63,345 nucleotides of DNA, filler included, from Octopus bimaculoides (GCF_001194135.2; 5 parts of 4 records of this genome joined end to end with filler, not necessarily neighbours in it); one strand, 5' to 3'; counted from the first letter of the whole stretch, positions 1 to 12,022 are shown. A program made the numbers and translations. Notes: generated by a model not told the origin, from the sequence alone.

Positions 1-1
1 C

Positions 2-392
2 TCTATGAAGGATGGTGGGAGGATGAGGGACACAATCTTCTAATAGTTCATCAACAGCTATTTGAGGGGTGAAAAACTGGTCCAGATGGACTATATGTAA
101 TCTGAACCCTAACCCTAACCCTAACACTAGTTTTGTGAGATTTGGCTGTTATTTCTAGCATGTAAATAGCCTGCTTGGTGGGGGGGGGATTGAAATTTTT
201 CAAAAAATTTTTTTTCAGAATCGGAATCTCCATAGCCTAAAACGTGGGATTCCGTAAAAAAAAATTAATAAATAAGGGGGGGAAAGGTTCAGATTACATA
301 TAGTCCATCTGGACCAGTTTTTCACCCCTCAAATAGCTGTTGATGAACTATTAGAAGATTGTGTCCCTCATCCTCCCACCATCCTTCATAGA
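2..392. mobile_element. Foldback/MITE-like element with 107-bp perfect inverted arms
   Basis: 2-108 is the exact reverse complement of 286-392. The 177-bp spacer is non-coding. The left boundary and TSD cannot be seen because the window starts here. Confidence 0.7.
105..125 (+). repeat. Telomere-like (AACCCT)3 tract inside the foldback element
   Basis: aaccctaaccctaaccctaac, i.e. reverse-complement TTAGGG units. Confidence 0.85.
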
Positions 393-1358
393 TTAGTCAA
401 CATCTTTTGTGGTAAGAACTTACCTTTTACGATATTATGATCCTTATATATTACCTGACATATTTCTCTTTTTTTTTTTATGCATACACGTACTGTGTTT
501 AAAAATTATTCTCATACATAAAAGTGGTCGTGTTGTTTTTGTTTTTTGCTGTCGTTTTTTCTAAAGGCATTATCACATTACTTTAAAACATGAAAATAAA
601 TGGGAAAAATTGATTTCGCGTTACAGGTTTGAGGAACGCATTACTGCCGTAACACGGGGCATTCTTGTATTTACTTAACACACGTTTATCATGACGTTTG
701 TAAACGACTGAAATCACTTAAATTACAAAGATTTATCAAATTATTACTCTCCTACATATGTATATATGTAGCGAATAATAAACATAGATGTATATAGCTA
801 CATTTATGTGCACATTAAGTGTGTGTGAGAGTACACACACATGTGACACTTAAATACGCAATACAATATTTGGAAGAGTATTTGCGTGTGTATATGAATT
901 TTTGTTTGTAATATGTAAGATCAGTATAAAATTTCCATACCATTTCTGAGCACCATTCCTTACAGTAGTAGTAGTAATAATAATAATAATACTTTGAACG
1001 AAATTCTTAAAGTAAATTAAAACCAGACATATGTAGGTATTCAATCCTACGAGGAAAATTGAAAATTAGCTTATCAAAGATTGAGTTTACCTACTTTATA
1101 GATAGATATATTTAAATAGTGCTGCAGGATCATTAAGTGATATTTGAAAACCAAATCAAAATTTCTAATTAAAGTATGTGAGGCATGATCATTGCTAGTA
1201 ATAATTTTTTTTCAAGAAAATGGAATCAAGTTACCCAAGGGTAAGAATTCGTTATTTAGGCCTACATATGCAGACAGATATAAATGATGTCAATATAATA
1301 GGTAGAACGTTTAAGTATACTTTGGATATACGTACTTAAGCAATTTATTACAATTATT

Positions 1359-1422
<64 letters not shown>

Positions 1423-3040
1423 GTATGTGTGTGTGTTTGTATATCGGAATGATGATATATCAGTAGCAATAACGAAAGAAGACGTATTTGAATAAGAAAA
1501 CGATAATAAAATTATTATTAAATTTGATTTAGTCGGTCAGGCTGGTTAAATTTAAATTAAAATATTATATAGCAATGTATTTATTAAAATATATTTACCG
1601 GCTTTGTTAAAGACAGCAAAGACAGAGAATAAAACCTCCGACCGGTTCCACGTTTCTGTCAATTCAATTGCAAAGAGTTTAAAGACACGCAACTCTACAG
1701 GGAAAAGAACAAAGGGAGAAAAAAAAGTAAAATTAAATTAAGTATAATATTTAATAAACAATGACGTTTCTAATATTTATTATGTTTATTAAATATTCCT
1801 TTCTGCAAAGAAAAAAATCAACTTTGAAATAAAATAAAATAAATTGTATTCGCAAAAGTTCTTTGTAAATGATGTAAGCGACTTATATAAATGGTGAAAG
1901 TAATATACGTTTTGGTTTATTAAGTTTTTATAATTTTCTTGCGTTATATAGCACAAAGATTTACGTACGAAATAAAACAAAGCAATATCTTCAAACATAT
2001 GTGTATATATTTAAATTTTGAACCCTTTTTGTCTTACTTTGGCCAGATGAATATTTAGATAATACATTATAGATTATTCTAATTACACCTACTAAGCGGC
2101 CTTTCTGTAGTTTCGAACATTAGCTAAATCCGGCCTCATTTACTTGATGGTATCAATTTATCTCCATTCATTTGGTAAGTTCTTAACTGATTTACACTAA
2201 ACAAATAATGCATTGTTTTTTATAATTAATATTCAAATATGTATTTCATATGCTGAATCTGCAATTATATTTTATGAGCCTCAATTTTCACGACCAAATT
2301 CAACCCTAAACTGTCCTGGTACCCGCCTTTGACTTGACCATTGCTTAATGTCTGCTTACCGCTCTCTTCTTTATAAATAAATAAATATATTGGTGAGGTT
2401 TCTTTTCTCTCATTCTTTAAAAACAAAGCCATAAAATTTAATCCATACGTAATCAGATAATTATTGTTATGTTTTGAATTCGCTTTTTTTCAAATAATTT
2501 CTCCCTAAGAAACCGCTGAAAATTCTCAACTCCAGACATAAATGAAGTTTCCTANNNNNNNNNNNNNNNNNNNNNNNNNNNNNNNNNNNNNNNNNNNNNN
2601 NNNNNNNNNNNNNNNNNNNNNNNNNNNNNNNNNNNNNNNNNNNNNNNNNNNNNNNNNNNNNNNNNNNNNNNNNNNNNNNNNNNNNNNNNNNNNNNNNNNN
2701 NNNNNNNNNNNNNNNNNNNNNNNNNNNNNNNNNNNNNNNNNNNNNNNNNNNNNNNNNNNNNNNNNNNNNNNNNNNNNNNNNNNNNNNNNNNNNNNNNNNN
2801 NNNNNNNNNNNNNNNNNNNNNNNNNNNNNNNNNNNNNNNNNNNNNNNNNNNNNNNNNNNNNNNNNNNNNNNNNNNNNNNNNNNNNNNNNNNNNNNNNNNN
2901 NNNNNNNNNNNNNNNNNNNNNNNNNNNNNNNNNNNNNNNNNNNNNNNNNNNNNNNNNNNNNNNNNNNNNNNNNNNNNNNNNNNNNNNNNNNNNNNNNNNN
3001 NNNNNNNNNNNNNNNNNNNNNNNNNNNNNNNNNNNNNNNN

Positions 3041-3090
<50 letters not shown>

Positions 3091-4146
3091 GAGAGAGTGA
3101 GAGAAGAAAAATAGCCAAAAGCAATAACTATAAGCTTAATGATTTTGTTTTTGTTTTTCCTCAGTTTTGCCGTCGAGTTAGAGGCAAGCTTTTACCGAGG
3201 CAGTTCTGAAACTTGGTTCCGAATCACTGTTGTAGCCTATTTCACTTTCGGTTACCTGTTTATTGTTCTTGGAAAAGGAATGAACACTGTGCGGTATCAT
3301 ATTTTTACCCGTGTTTACGCGAGAAAGAAAAGCTTGTTTCAGTCACACTTGTTGTTATTGTATTATTACATTTGTTATTGGTTTTATGGCAAGTGCTGTG
3401 GAAATGGCGTAGGCAGTTGAGAGCTGACTCGATATTGATATATTGTCCAGTACTGTTGTACTTCAACTGTTCTTGTGTTCAAATCCTGCTGAGGTTATCT
3501 CATCGGATTCGGTAGCTATAATCAATTAGTGTCTTTTCAATCCATTACGCATCGTTCTGTAGAAAGAAATGGGCTTCCTGTCTGGTCAAAAGTCATTATT
3601 GCAATGATTGCTATCGCAGTTTCACATATCGTCAGTTGTTGCCTTTGAATTTCGTTGTTTCTAGCTTTCTTTATATTTTAATAACCTATGCATGCAAAAT
3701 TACTCCCAACATATTTACAGCACACACACATTATCTTTCTATCCCCCCTCTCTCTCTCTCACTCATACCTTTCCAGATTCACTCGAAACTTATCTATCTT
3801 TTACACACCCCTAAGTATTTTCGCTCATGCATTTAGTTCAAATTCTCTCATAAGCAAATATACCTGCATCTAACTTGCAGATCATTTCTATACTTATTAT
3901 GTAATATATTATTACTGAGTGCTTGTGAGAACAAGGTTAGCACACGGTTAATCGAGTCTACATCTCAGTTTCAATATTGGATAGAAGCTAGTTCACTCAC
4001 TCCACGAAGTGGAGTGGTCTCTTCTCGTCTTCGCGAAAAGTGAACACTTCTCTCTCTTTTCCTGCTCGACAGTCACCAGGGATAATCAATTATCTATTGA
4101 TGGATAACCTCTGATCACGAAAATGGAAAAGTCATACAGTCCTATA

Positions 4147-4152
4147 TTTATT
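4147..4152 (-). promoter_or_regulatory. Candidate polyadenylation signal AATAAA
   Basis: AATAAA on the minus strand about 30 nt after the stop codon at 4183-4185. Confidence 0.45.
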
Positions 4153-4182
4153 ACAACAACAATGCATGGTCTTAATAAGTAC

Positions 4183-4256
4183 TTATCTTTGTTTCGTCGG
4201 CAATTCTCTGTTATTGGGGCTCCTAACTGTGGTCTTTGGCAATATGTTCCATTTAC
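4183..4256 (-). CDS. Terminal coding exon of an uncharacterised minus-strand gene (GKWNILPKTTVRSPNNRELPTKQR*)
   Basis: Acceptor tgcttttag|GT, phase 1, matching the upstream exon. Open to TAA and followed by AATAAA. Confidence 0.65.
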
Positions 4257-4609
4257 CTAAAAGCATTACATTATATCTTTACCATTATATTATTCTTTCG
4301 CTCTCTTTCTCATTGTAATGTTTTGGGAGTTTTCTAAAATATGAACTCTCTGTCCAGATTTATTGTTGATCAGCATTCCAATCACAGTTCATTTACTTCT
4401 CGGGCATCTAAGGGCATTTGGATTGTGTGACGCTAATGTTTAACCCTAGGTTAGCCTAGTCGGACAGATACGATCTAAGGCGTTCCAATTGTGACCGTTA
4501 CTGTCTTGCTTTTAAGTGTTATACGTCTAGGATTGCATTAACCACTGATTATTATGATTTTTTTAAAGATGGTAGGGTGTGATTTGGCTATTTGGCTGCT
4601 ATTTCTTAC

Positions 4610-4654
4610 CGAAGCTTGAAGTTCTTCCGATGATTTTCATATCTTTTTCACATA
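4610..4654 (-). CDS. Internal 45-nt exon (VCEKDMKIIGRTSSF), phase 1-1
   Basis: Acceptor tttcatctcatttgcag| and donor TCG|gtaaga. Only the phase-1 frame is open. Confidence 0.7.
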
Positions 4655-4730
4655 CTGCAAATGAGATGAAAGAAGTAGAAGTGAAATTGTTATATCTAAG
4701 AATCAAAACTGAGTTTTGTCTTGAGCTTAC

Positions 4731-4814
4731 CTCTTGCTCTTCGCATCTCGATTCTTCTTCGTAAGAAATATTGGTTTATAAAATACTCCTTTATTGTGAA
4801 AAATGGTAGGGCAT
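4731..4814 (-). CDS. Internal 84-nt exon (DALPFFTIKEYFINQYFLRRRIEMRRAR), phase 1-1
   Basis: Acceptor tatttaatcag| and donor GAG|gtaagc, with a 76-nt intron to the next exon. Splices in frame with 4610-4654 and 4183-4256. Confidence 0.7.
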
Positions 4815-4952
4815 CTGATTAAATACTTTAAAGAAGTTTTATCTTGTCAACGTTCTTAGTGTAAACCCCGGCAAGGTAAAGTTTCCATTTCATTTGTTCT
4901 TTGAGTAGCGATGAAGTACTAGTAATACACCCGGCTGAATGTAATTTCATAC

Positions 4953-4970
4953 CACGTCTTAACAAATTGG
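4953..4970 (-). CDS. Candidate 18-nt microexon (xNLLRR), phase 1-1
   Basis: Acceptor tttctttggattttgtacatag| and donor GTG|gtatga, phase-compatible with 4731-4814. It is short enough to arise by chance. Confidence 0.4.
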
Positions 4971-6679
4971 CTATGTACAAAATCCAAAGAAATCAATATT
5001 GATGATTAGTGTTGCTGTTTTAACCCTAGGTCGAACCTAACCGACCACTTCCAGTCATAACCATCCCATCCATCTCGGAGATTGCTGAGTAGTATTAATT
5101 CAACGTATACTTCCATTTTCAAGACAATAAACAGTCACATGAGGGAGATTTGCCTGCTATTTTTAGCAGGGTCTCTGTTGTTTCGATCTAGTGAAGGCAG
5201 TTAAGAGCGTCTTATATTATTTTGTTTTGTTCACTGTTCTGAGTTCAAATCCTTCTGAGGTTAACTTCATCCTCCCCACCCTCTCTCTCAAGATCTAGCC
5301 AAAAAAAAAAAAACAGCTTTGATTTGTAAATAAGTTCTTTATCTTCACCCCCACCCCTATTCGCTTTCTTTGTGTAGTTTGTTGACAGTGCAGCGTTTTC
5401 TCACAAACTTCCAAATGGATAATTGAAGTTTTGCTTGTTGATGTTTCTACAATATGATGTACATCGGACTACATTATTCCAATGTGTCCTGCCCTTCCTT
5501 CTTTTAAATGATACGATGAAATTAAAAGTTGTTCCTGCTATTTTCTCTGACTTCGAACCACTCCGAAGAAACTCCGGAAAGCACTGAACTATTCTAGCTT
5601 CTTGGGAAAGTAATCTGATTACTGAAAGACAGACCTATCTGGTATTTTCTTGTAAATCTAAAAATGTTGACACCGGCCCGATCATAATTATTTACTTCTC
5701 GATTGGTGGTAAACGAGGCACTACTACTAAAAACTTAGCGTGGAATTTCCTTAGTAGGAATAAAGGACGGTGGGTGATACTGCTTCCGCCTATCATTAAA
5801 TATTTACTTGGCGCTACAACTACTTTCATTAACAGTAATTATAGTTTTCCTCCCCTCGTTTGGAATGGACAAATTTCTTAGCACAAACCAAAAGCATTTA
5901 AAAAAAAATTTTCAAGAAGTTTAAATGAAAGGCGTGAAAATAATACGGGTTTATTTTTTTAGTGTAAAAACTAAGTTATGAAGTGGTTACTGTTCGTCTT
6001 CCGATTAACTATCTCTTGTAAATTAGTGGGGTTAAAGGTAAATACACGGTCTATTTATGTATGTGTGTAGAAAACGTTCCAGAGCTCCCTGGTATTTCAG
6101 CCAGGACCATCTACACTGTTTTCAGACATTGTGTACTTGGAGCCACGTTACCCGATGTGTCTTTTTACGTAAAATGCTCTTGTGTTGTAGGCAACACGTT
6201 TATATGTGGAAGTTTCATGCTTTTGCTATTTTTCTATCTCCTCTACGCGCGTACATGTTCAGTTTATTTTTATTGCTTTGCATTCTAATATTAGCCGGAG
6301 TATTCAGACATTTGAATCCAATTGTTTACAACTGTCAAATAGTTCTATGTATTTGTTGTGGTCCCTTTTGAATCATGTAGTTTCCACTTTTGGGACACTT
6401 AGCAGTTGTACTTAATTTTATACCTTCGTCGGTATTCGGACACCTTTTCCGGATTTAGCGTCTTTTCATTTATTTATTTATTTTTCAGGGGATGTATTGG
6501 TGAAAAATACTTCGTGATTGATAAGTAGCTAATGAAGTCTTTCTTAGGTTGTAGAAATATCACTATTCTTCTGGTAGAATAATAATTTTTCTTATATGCC
6601 TCACTCGAACTTTTGATTAAATATCTTTCCTTTTAGTTTAAGTTTTAGATTAGGTATGAAACAAGTAAATATATATATA

Positions 6680-6728
<49 letters not shown>

Positions 6729-7594
6729 GTGGTGTGTAACAATTAAAATGATAAAATGAGAGGAAGAACTGTATTAATTGGTTGAAATGACCCTTTATTT
6801 TCATCGTTACACTGTAAGATGCAACTTCTTTGGGTTGAACAATGACTATTCACAGTACTGATATCCAGTCTGTAGGTAGTTAAATTCATCTTTTGTTGAC
6901 TGCTAGAAGATTGGTGGGAAGGAGTCTACCTCTCTAGGCTGGCAAGTCGATAGAGTGAAAGTTGTATTGGCACTTGATGACAATCCATAAATGGATGCTC
7001 TTCAGCTATGCACTGAGTGAACAAAGAGGTAGAATTGGTTTAAGGTTCCATATTGGTATTTTCTATAACTAAATTAAGTTAGGCTAGACAAAAGGTTTTC
7101 TGTCTCTTATCTGCCTGAATCCTATTTAGTCTAAGAATGTTCACAATAGAACTTAATTAAGTGTGGCTGTTGACTTTCATAAATTTCTTAGTGCAAAAGC
7201 CAAGAACAATAGGAAAGGAACTTGTATAGAAATGTAGATTCTGTTTCAAATCCTGGCGTAGAATCTAAGATGCTATATGTAACATATGTGTAATACCATT
7301 TTTCCATGTTTGCTTGGGTTTGACTGAATTCATCAAAGCAGGTTTCTATGGCTGTGTACCTCACCTCTATGTCCAAGCGATTTTCCCCCATGGTGAATAT
7401 ATTTTCATGGAAGATTGGAAATGAATGACTCTGCTTGTATAACTTGCGACATACATTTACCACTGTTACATGGTGTTAAGATAAGGAGTCACTCCACTCC
7501 GTGGGCATGTGAATGTGTATGTGCATATATAGAGATGTGTATAAATAAATGCAGATATATGTATTTGTGTAAGTATGTATACATGTATGTATAT

Positions 7595-7651
<57 letters not shown>

Positions 7652-7653
<2 letters not shown>

Positions 7654-7850
7654 TGCAAAGTGTCTTTTACTATAGCCTTGGGCCGACCAAAACCTTGTGA
7701 GTGAATTTGGTAGACAGAAACTGAAAGAAGCTTGTCATATATATATAATATATGTGTGTATGTCTTTGTGTTTTGAACCTATCACCGCTTGACAACCAGT
7801 GTTGGTGTGTTTATGTTCCTCTAATTTAGTGGTTCAGCAAAATGTATGTG
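7652..7850 (+). mobile_element. Partial CORE-like tRNA SINE (family B), CpG-decayed
   Basis: Aligns by eye to the intact copy at 59635-59967 (cttctactatagcc..gggccgaccaa..ttggtagac.gaaactgaaagaagc). Confidence 0.8.
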
Positions 7851-8009
7851 TATCTAAAGAAGTACACACAGTAAAGTGCAACAGGCAATTAAAATTCAGG
7901 CTTGGTTGTGGGTTCCACATGCCACTTCAGTATCTAGTGTAGTATGATGTGGGGCATCAAACTTGCGATAGGCTAGTGTGCAGAATGCAAACCAAATAAT
8001 AATAGTTTC

Positions 8010-8220
8010 AAATTTTGGCATGGGGCCAGCAGTTTTTGAGGGGAGTGGAAAGATGATTACATTGACCCCAGTACTTGACTGGGACTTATTTTATCAACCC
8101 TAAAAAGATGGAAGGTAAAGTCAGCCTTCATGGAATTTGAACTCAGAACGTAATGATTGACAAACTGCCACTAGCTTAGTGGCATCTTGCCTAACTTGCT
8201 AAAGATTCTGCTAGTTTGCT
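8010..8220 (-). mobile_element. Diverged tRNA SINE (family A), CpG-decayed
   Basis: Homologous to 47678-47907 (gaatttgaactcagaacgtaa; ttattttatc.accc). Confidence 0.75.
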
Positions 8221-8637
8221 GCTCAATGCTTTCCAGGACATACACATTTCACCAAAATGACAAAATCATTACATAGAAGTAGTAGAAGTACAATCATGTA
8301 CCTCATCTCATCAGTGTCCAAAAACTAAATACAACAGTTGATGTTAAAGCTCCAAATATATACACTTTGCTCCCCTGTTGTACAAATAATCAACAATCTC
8401 GCATGTCACATAAAATAGTAGGGAACAGACAAAGTAGCACATCAAGGAAGTCCAAATGATGCCACACCCCTCTCAAAACCAAATATGTGTGACCAGGGAG
8501 AGGGCAAAAAACTCATAAAACCATAAAAAAAAGTAAAAGTAAAAGGGAGAAGAAGCACAGAGATTAAAAGGTCAGCTTAGGTTATAAATCAGTAGAAATA
8601 CCAAGAAGATAAAAACACATACACGGATATACGCACC

Positions 8638-8873
8638 TATCATCATCATCGTTTAACGTCCGCTTTCCATGCTAGCATGGGTTGGACGATTTGACTGAGG
8701 ACTGGTGAAACCGGATGGCAACACCAGGCTCCAGTCTGATTTGGCAGAGTTTCTACAGCTGGATGCCCTTCCTAACGCCAACCACTCAGAGAGTGTAGTG
8801 GGTGCTTTTACGTGTCACCCGCACGAAAACGGCCACGCTCGAAATGGTGTCTTTTATGTGCCACCCGCACAAG
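8638..8873 (-). mobile_element. SINE/LINE 3' part with (GAT)n tail (family E, RTE-like tail)
   Basis: The minus strand ends gcggacgttaaacgatgatgatg and contains ggatgcccttcctaacgccaacc. It runs into an assembly gap, and its CpGs are intact (young). Confidence 0.65.
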
Positions 8874-8917
8874 NNNNNNNNNNNNNNNNNNNNNNNNNNN
8901 NNNNNNNNNNNNNNNNN

Positions 8918-8929
8918 TTAATTAATTAA
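8918..8929. other. Assembly linker TTAATTAATTAA inside a 44N+12+44N gap (also at 40959-40970, 60012-60023, 61513-61524)
   Basis: The same 12-mer sits centred in four 100-bp gaps and gives stops in all frames. It is an artefact, not biology. Confidence 0.95.
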
Positions 8930-9552
8930 NNNNNNNNNNNNNNNNNNNNNNNNNNNNNNNNNNNNNNNNNNNNATATATATATATATAAAGGGCTTCGAG
9001 GTATCTATAGGATGTTAAGATGTTGTACAATCAATAACTCTAAGTGCACTGCTTTCTATAGCAGGAACAGCTGTGTGCTAATGAATTTTATTACTTAATT
9101 CTTTTACTGTTTGTTTTTCAATTCATATTCCGCTCTGCATTCATATAACACTTTATTCTAAAGCTTATGTACTTGTAGACTGTGTTCTTTCAACTTATTA
9201 CTATCTGCTATTACTGAAAGACATCATTATATATATATGTATATATATAAAATTTCAGATTAACCCTCCAATCTTTACTGTTCATATAAATGTTTCTCTT
9301 GCATGATTAAGTTTGTTACTTAGTGTTCTTCAACCCACACCATTTGATGCATTTACCTATTTTGCCGATCCTATTCTCGAACACAAATCAGTATTAAATT
9401 TCAGAAACACTACGTATAAAAGTAGTTAATTGGACAGCAAGAAAAAAAAAGTACTTACAGCATTTCTTAATAAATACTACAAAATATTCAAAACGATAAC
9501 ATCACAAAAATACGGGCGAAATATGTTACTAAACATTAGTGAAACTCGACGT

Positions 9553-9581
9553 ACCGGAAATGATTTGAAGATATTTCCGGT
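9553..9581. promoter_or_regulatory. Inverted pair of ETS-like sites (ACCGGAAAT-N11-ATTTCCGGT) in a CpG-rich islet
   Basis: Perfect 9-bp inverted repeat containing the CCGGAA core. A minus-strand donor (GCT|gtaagt) lies at 9459. Confidence 0.4.
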
Positions 9582-10961
9582 GCGCTAATTTTCCCTTTAC
9601 TGTTTGTACAAATATCTTTAATTCTGCCCCTGGCATCCCTTTCAGTAATATGCGAATTCATTCAAATACTTACATACATACAGACTTACATACATACATA
9701 CATACTTACATACATACATCTTGAATTGGCAAGCCTCTTAAAAATATTCTTGTTGGGATTCTGATACAATCGTATCGGATGTTCCTACAGCTAGTCAGTG
9801 CACACATGCGGAAACCCTAAGAAACTATAATGACGTATACATATACATACATGCATACATACTTACATACACACATAGAAACACTGACATACACACTAAT
9901 ACACACACATATATACTTGTATTAATACCCAAATATATGGGGGAAAGAGAGCTCTATAAAGGAAGGATAGAATATTAAAATGCAAATAGAAGTAATTATA
10001 ATTTACATTTTAGCTACATGAAGTGATGTATGTAAAATATTTCCTAAGTTCTACATATTAGATTTTTTAATGGACATTAACAAATGTTATGTAAAGAAAT
10101 ATGCTTGTAAAGCATTACCATAGATCAACGGTAGTTATACTTTCCATATGAATTGCTTCGTATGATTATATTGAGCATTATGTAATTTTCTCCTGCACTA
10201 ATACTTAAACCTAACCACTATATGACTGAGTTTTATATATCAGCAGATATTTATTAATAAGAAGTTTGATGAAGATGCTAAATTTGTTTCTCATTGCAAA
10301 AAAGAAAAAAGAAAAAGAAAAACACCAAATATGCCTTCGTAGCACGAAACTTTTGATATTCTCTGATACATATGTTCTCCATAAATCACATAATCTTGAA
10401 AATGTTTTCAAACTAAATTTAGAAATATAATGTGTACGAATAACTGAATAATAATTGTTTAGTAACATATACCTTTAATTATTCGATCATTCTTTCTGAT
10501 TTTAGGCATCAAATCTCATCGTAAAATAACGTACCATCCTAAATAGGTAGAAATACTATTGATGTAGGCATAACCATGAAGATGCACATGTCCCAATTAC
10601 GTATTTTCAGATATACTCCAACTGCAGGGCACTTTGAGCAGGTGTATTATATATCTTTGTCTAAATTCACAACTAGCGAAAGTAGTTCAAGTTTAGTAGC
10701 TTAAATTGAAAAGCGTATCCCAAATTTTTTATATCTTGCTTTTGTCTCGAGTTATGAACAGCATGAGCTTTTGCACCTTGCTATAGCTTTGTGCCCGGGG
10801 TATTAAAAACAAAGTAGTACGGTCTTAGACAGACGGCAAGACATTGGTGGCAAACGAGTGTCTGATATTCTAAAACTGGTTGACCATTATCGTAATGAAT
10901 CAGCTATGTGGAGCACACACATTCACGCAAACAAACATACAAGCATACATGTGTGTGTGTG

Positions 10962-11012
<51 letters not shown>

Positions 11013-11194
11013 AGTATATTTTTTAATTGGTGTTTCAAAAGAATTTTCTTTGAATTCATGGATTTTTAAAACGTGATTTGTCTTATTTTTTTTTCTTTGC
11101 TTCGCTTTATCGTGTATTGCTTTATTTGCCTTTCATATTTCTCCGTATCGTCATTCCAACATTATCACCAAAGCCACCACCACCAAAACCAAAA

Positions 11195-11241
11195 CTACCA
11201 CCATCTCCACCATCATAATTTCCACCACCACCACCACCAAA

Positions 11242-11300
<59 letters not shown>

Positions 11301-11372
11301 GTCTTCTTCTTCTTCTTCTTCTTCTTCTTCTTCTTCTTCTTCTTCTTCTTCTTCTTCTTCTTCTTCTTCTTC
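11195..11372. repeat. Compound trinucleotide microsatellite (CAC)/(TAC)n/(TTC)n
   Basis: Directly visible. It explains the poly-H/Y/F ORF 11073-11447. Confidence 0.95.
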
Positions 11373-11732
11373 TTTACGGTTGCATTTCTTCTACGTATGT
11401 ATGTTTGTAAAGCGTGTATCACTTCAAAGAATTCCAATTTCATTTGATCATATTTGTTAGTCGATATCCTAATCATAACATTACTAAATATTAATAAAAT
11501 AATAATGATTTAATGAAAAAATAAAGCATCTATGACAAGTAGATTAAAACATAAACATGCAATTTCGAAATTACTCTGAAATACTTAAGCGGCATTATTA
11601 TTCAAGTTAAAAAAGAATCGGGGTTAATAATAATAATAATAAAAAAAGGCTGCAAAAATTAATAATCGATCTTTTTTTTTTTTAATCTTCTACACAAGCA
11701 TTTCGTTTCCGATATTCTAAATGAAATGGTAC

Positions 11733-12022
11733 CGTGATAAAAAGACACTCCCACCGCCATCTTCAACAGAAGAAGAAAATGTAAGTACGTTTGAATAACA
11801 TGGAAAGCGTTTTTTTATCTTAATTGTTTCTATAAAATCTGAGAAAATAACAAGGCCTTAGCAAGGAAAGAAAATAAAACATTAAATATTATGTAACCGA
11901 GTAGCTGAAATAGTTTATATTTTTATATGTATGTATGTGTGTGTAATTATGCAACAGTTTTAGCACACCGCCAATATGGCTGCTACAGAGAGGACAAAAT
12001 TTTTTATCGTAGAAGCTAAGAG
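11733..12022. promoter_or_regulatory. Candidate bidirectional promoter / first-exon region with two divergent YY1-like ATGGC motifs
   Basis: Minus strand: AAGATGGCGG at 11760 (MAVGVSFYH, donor CACG|gtacca). Plus strand: CAATATGGCTGC at 11976 (MAATERTKFFIVEAK, weak donor AG|gttact). There is also a plus-strand donor AAAT|gtaagt at about 11780. Confidence 0.35.

Noticed and set aside
2542-3124. Long ORFs spanning N-runs (also at 34070-34676, 45328-46029, 48506-49704, 51151-51891, 53806-54868, 56636-57194)
   Set aside because: They are open only because N codons contain no stops. Assembly-gap artefacts.
5380-5880. Chain of small minus-strand exon candidates (5807-5875, 5696-5726, 5635-5657) and a 70-codon open frame
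   Set aside because: Several mutually incompatible solutions, one needing a 38-nt intron. Such splice-site pairs arise easily by chance in AT-rich DNA.
6057-6415. Overlapping plus-strand ORFs of 69-104 aa
   Set aside because: No recognisable motif, splice context or homology that I can support.
8918-8929. Recurrent palindromic TTAATTAATTAA as a possible biological site
   Set aside because: Always centred in identical 44N-12-44N blocks, so it is a scaffolding linker.
11073-11447. Poly-His/Tyr/Phe, poly-Asn/Ile and HT/CV/YI-repeat ORFs throughout the window
   Set aside because: Translations of microsatellites.
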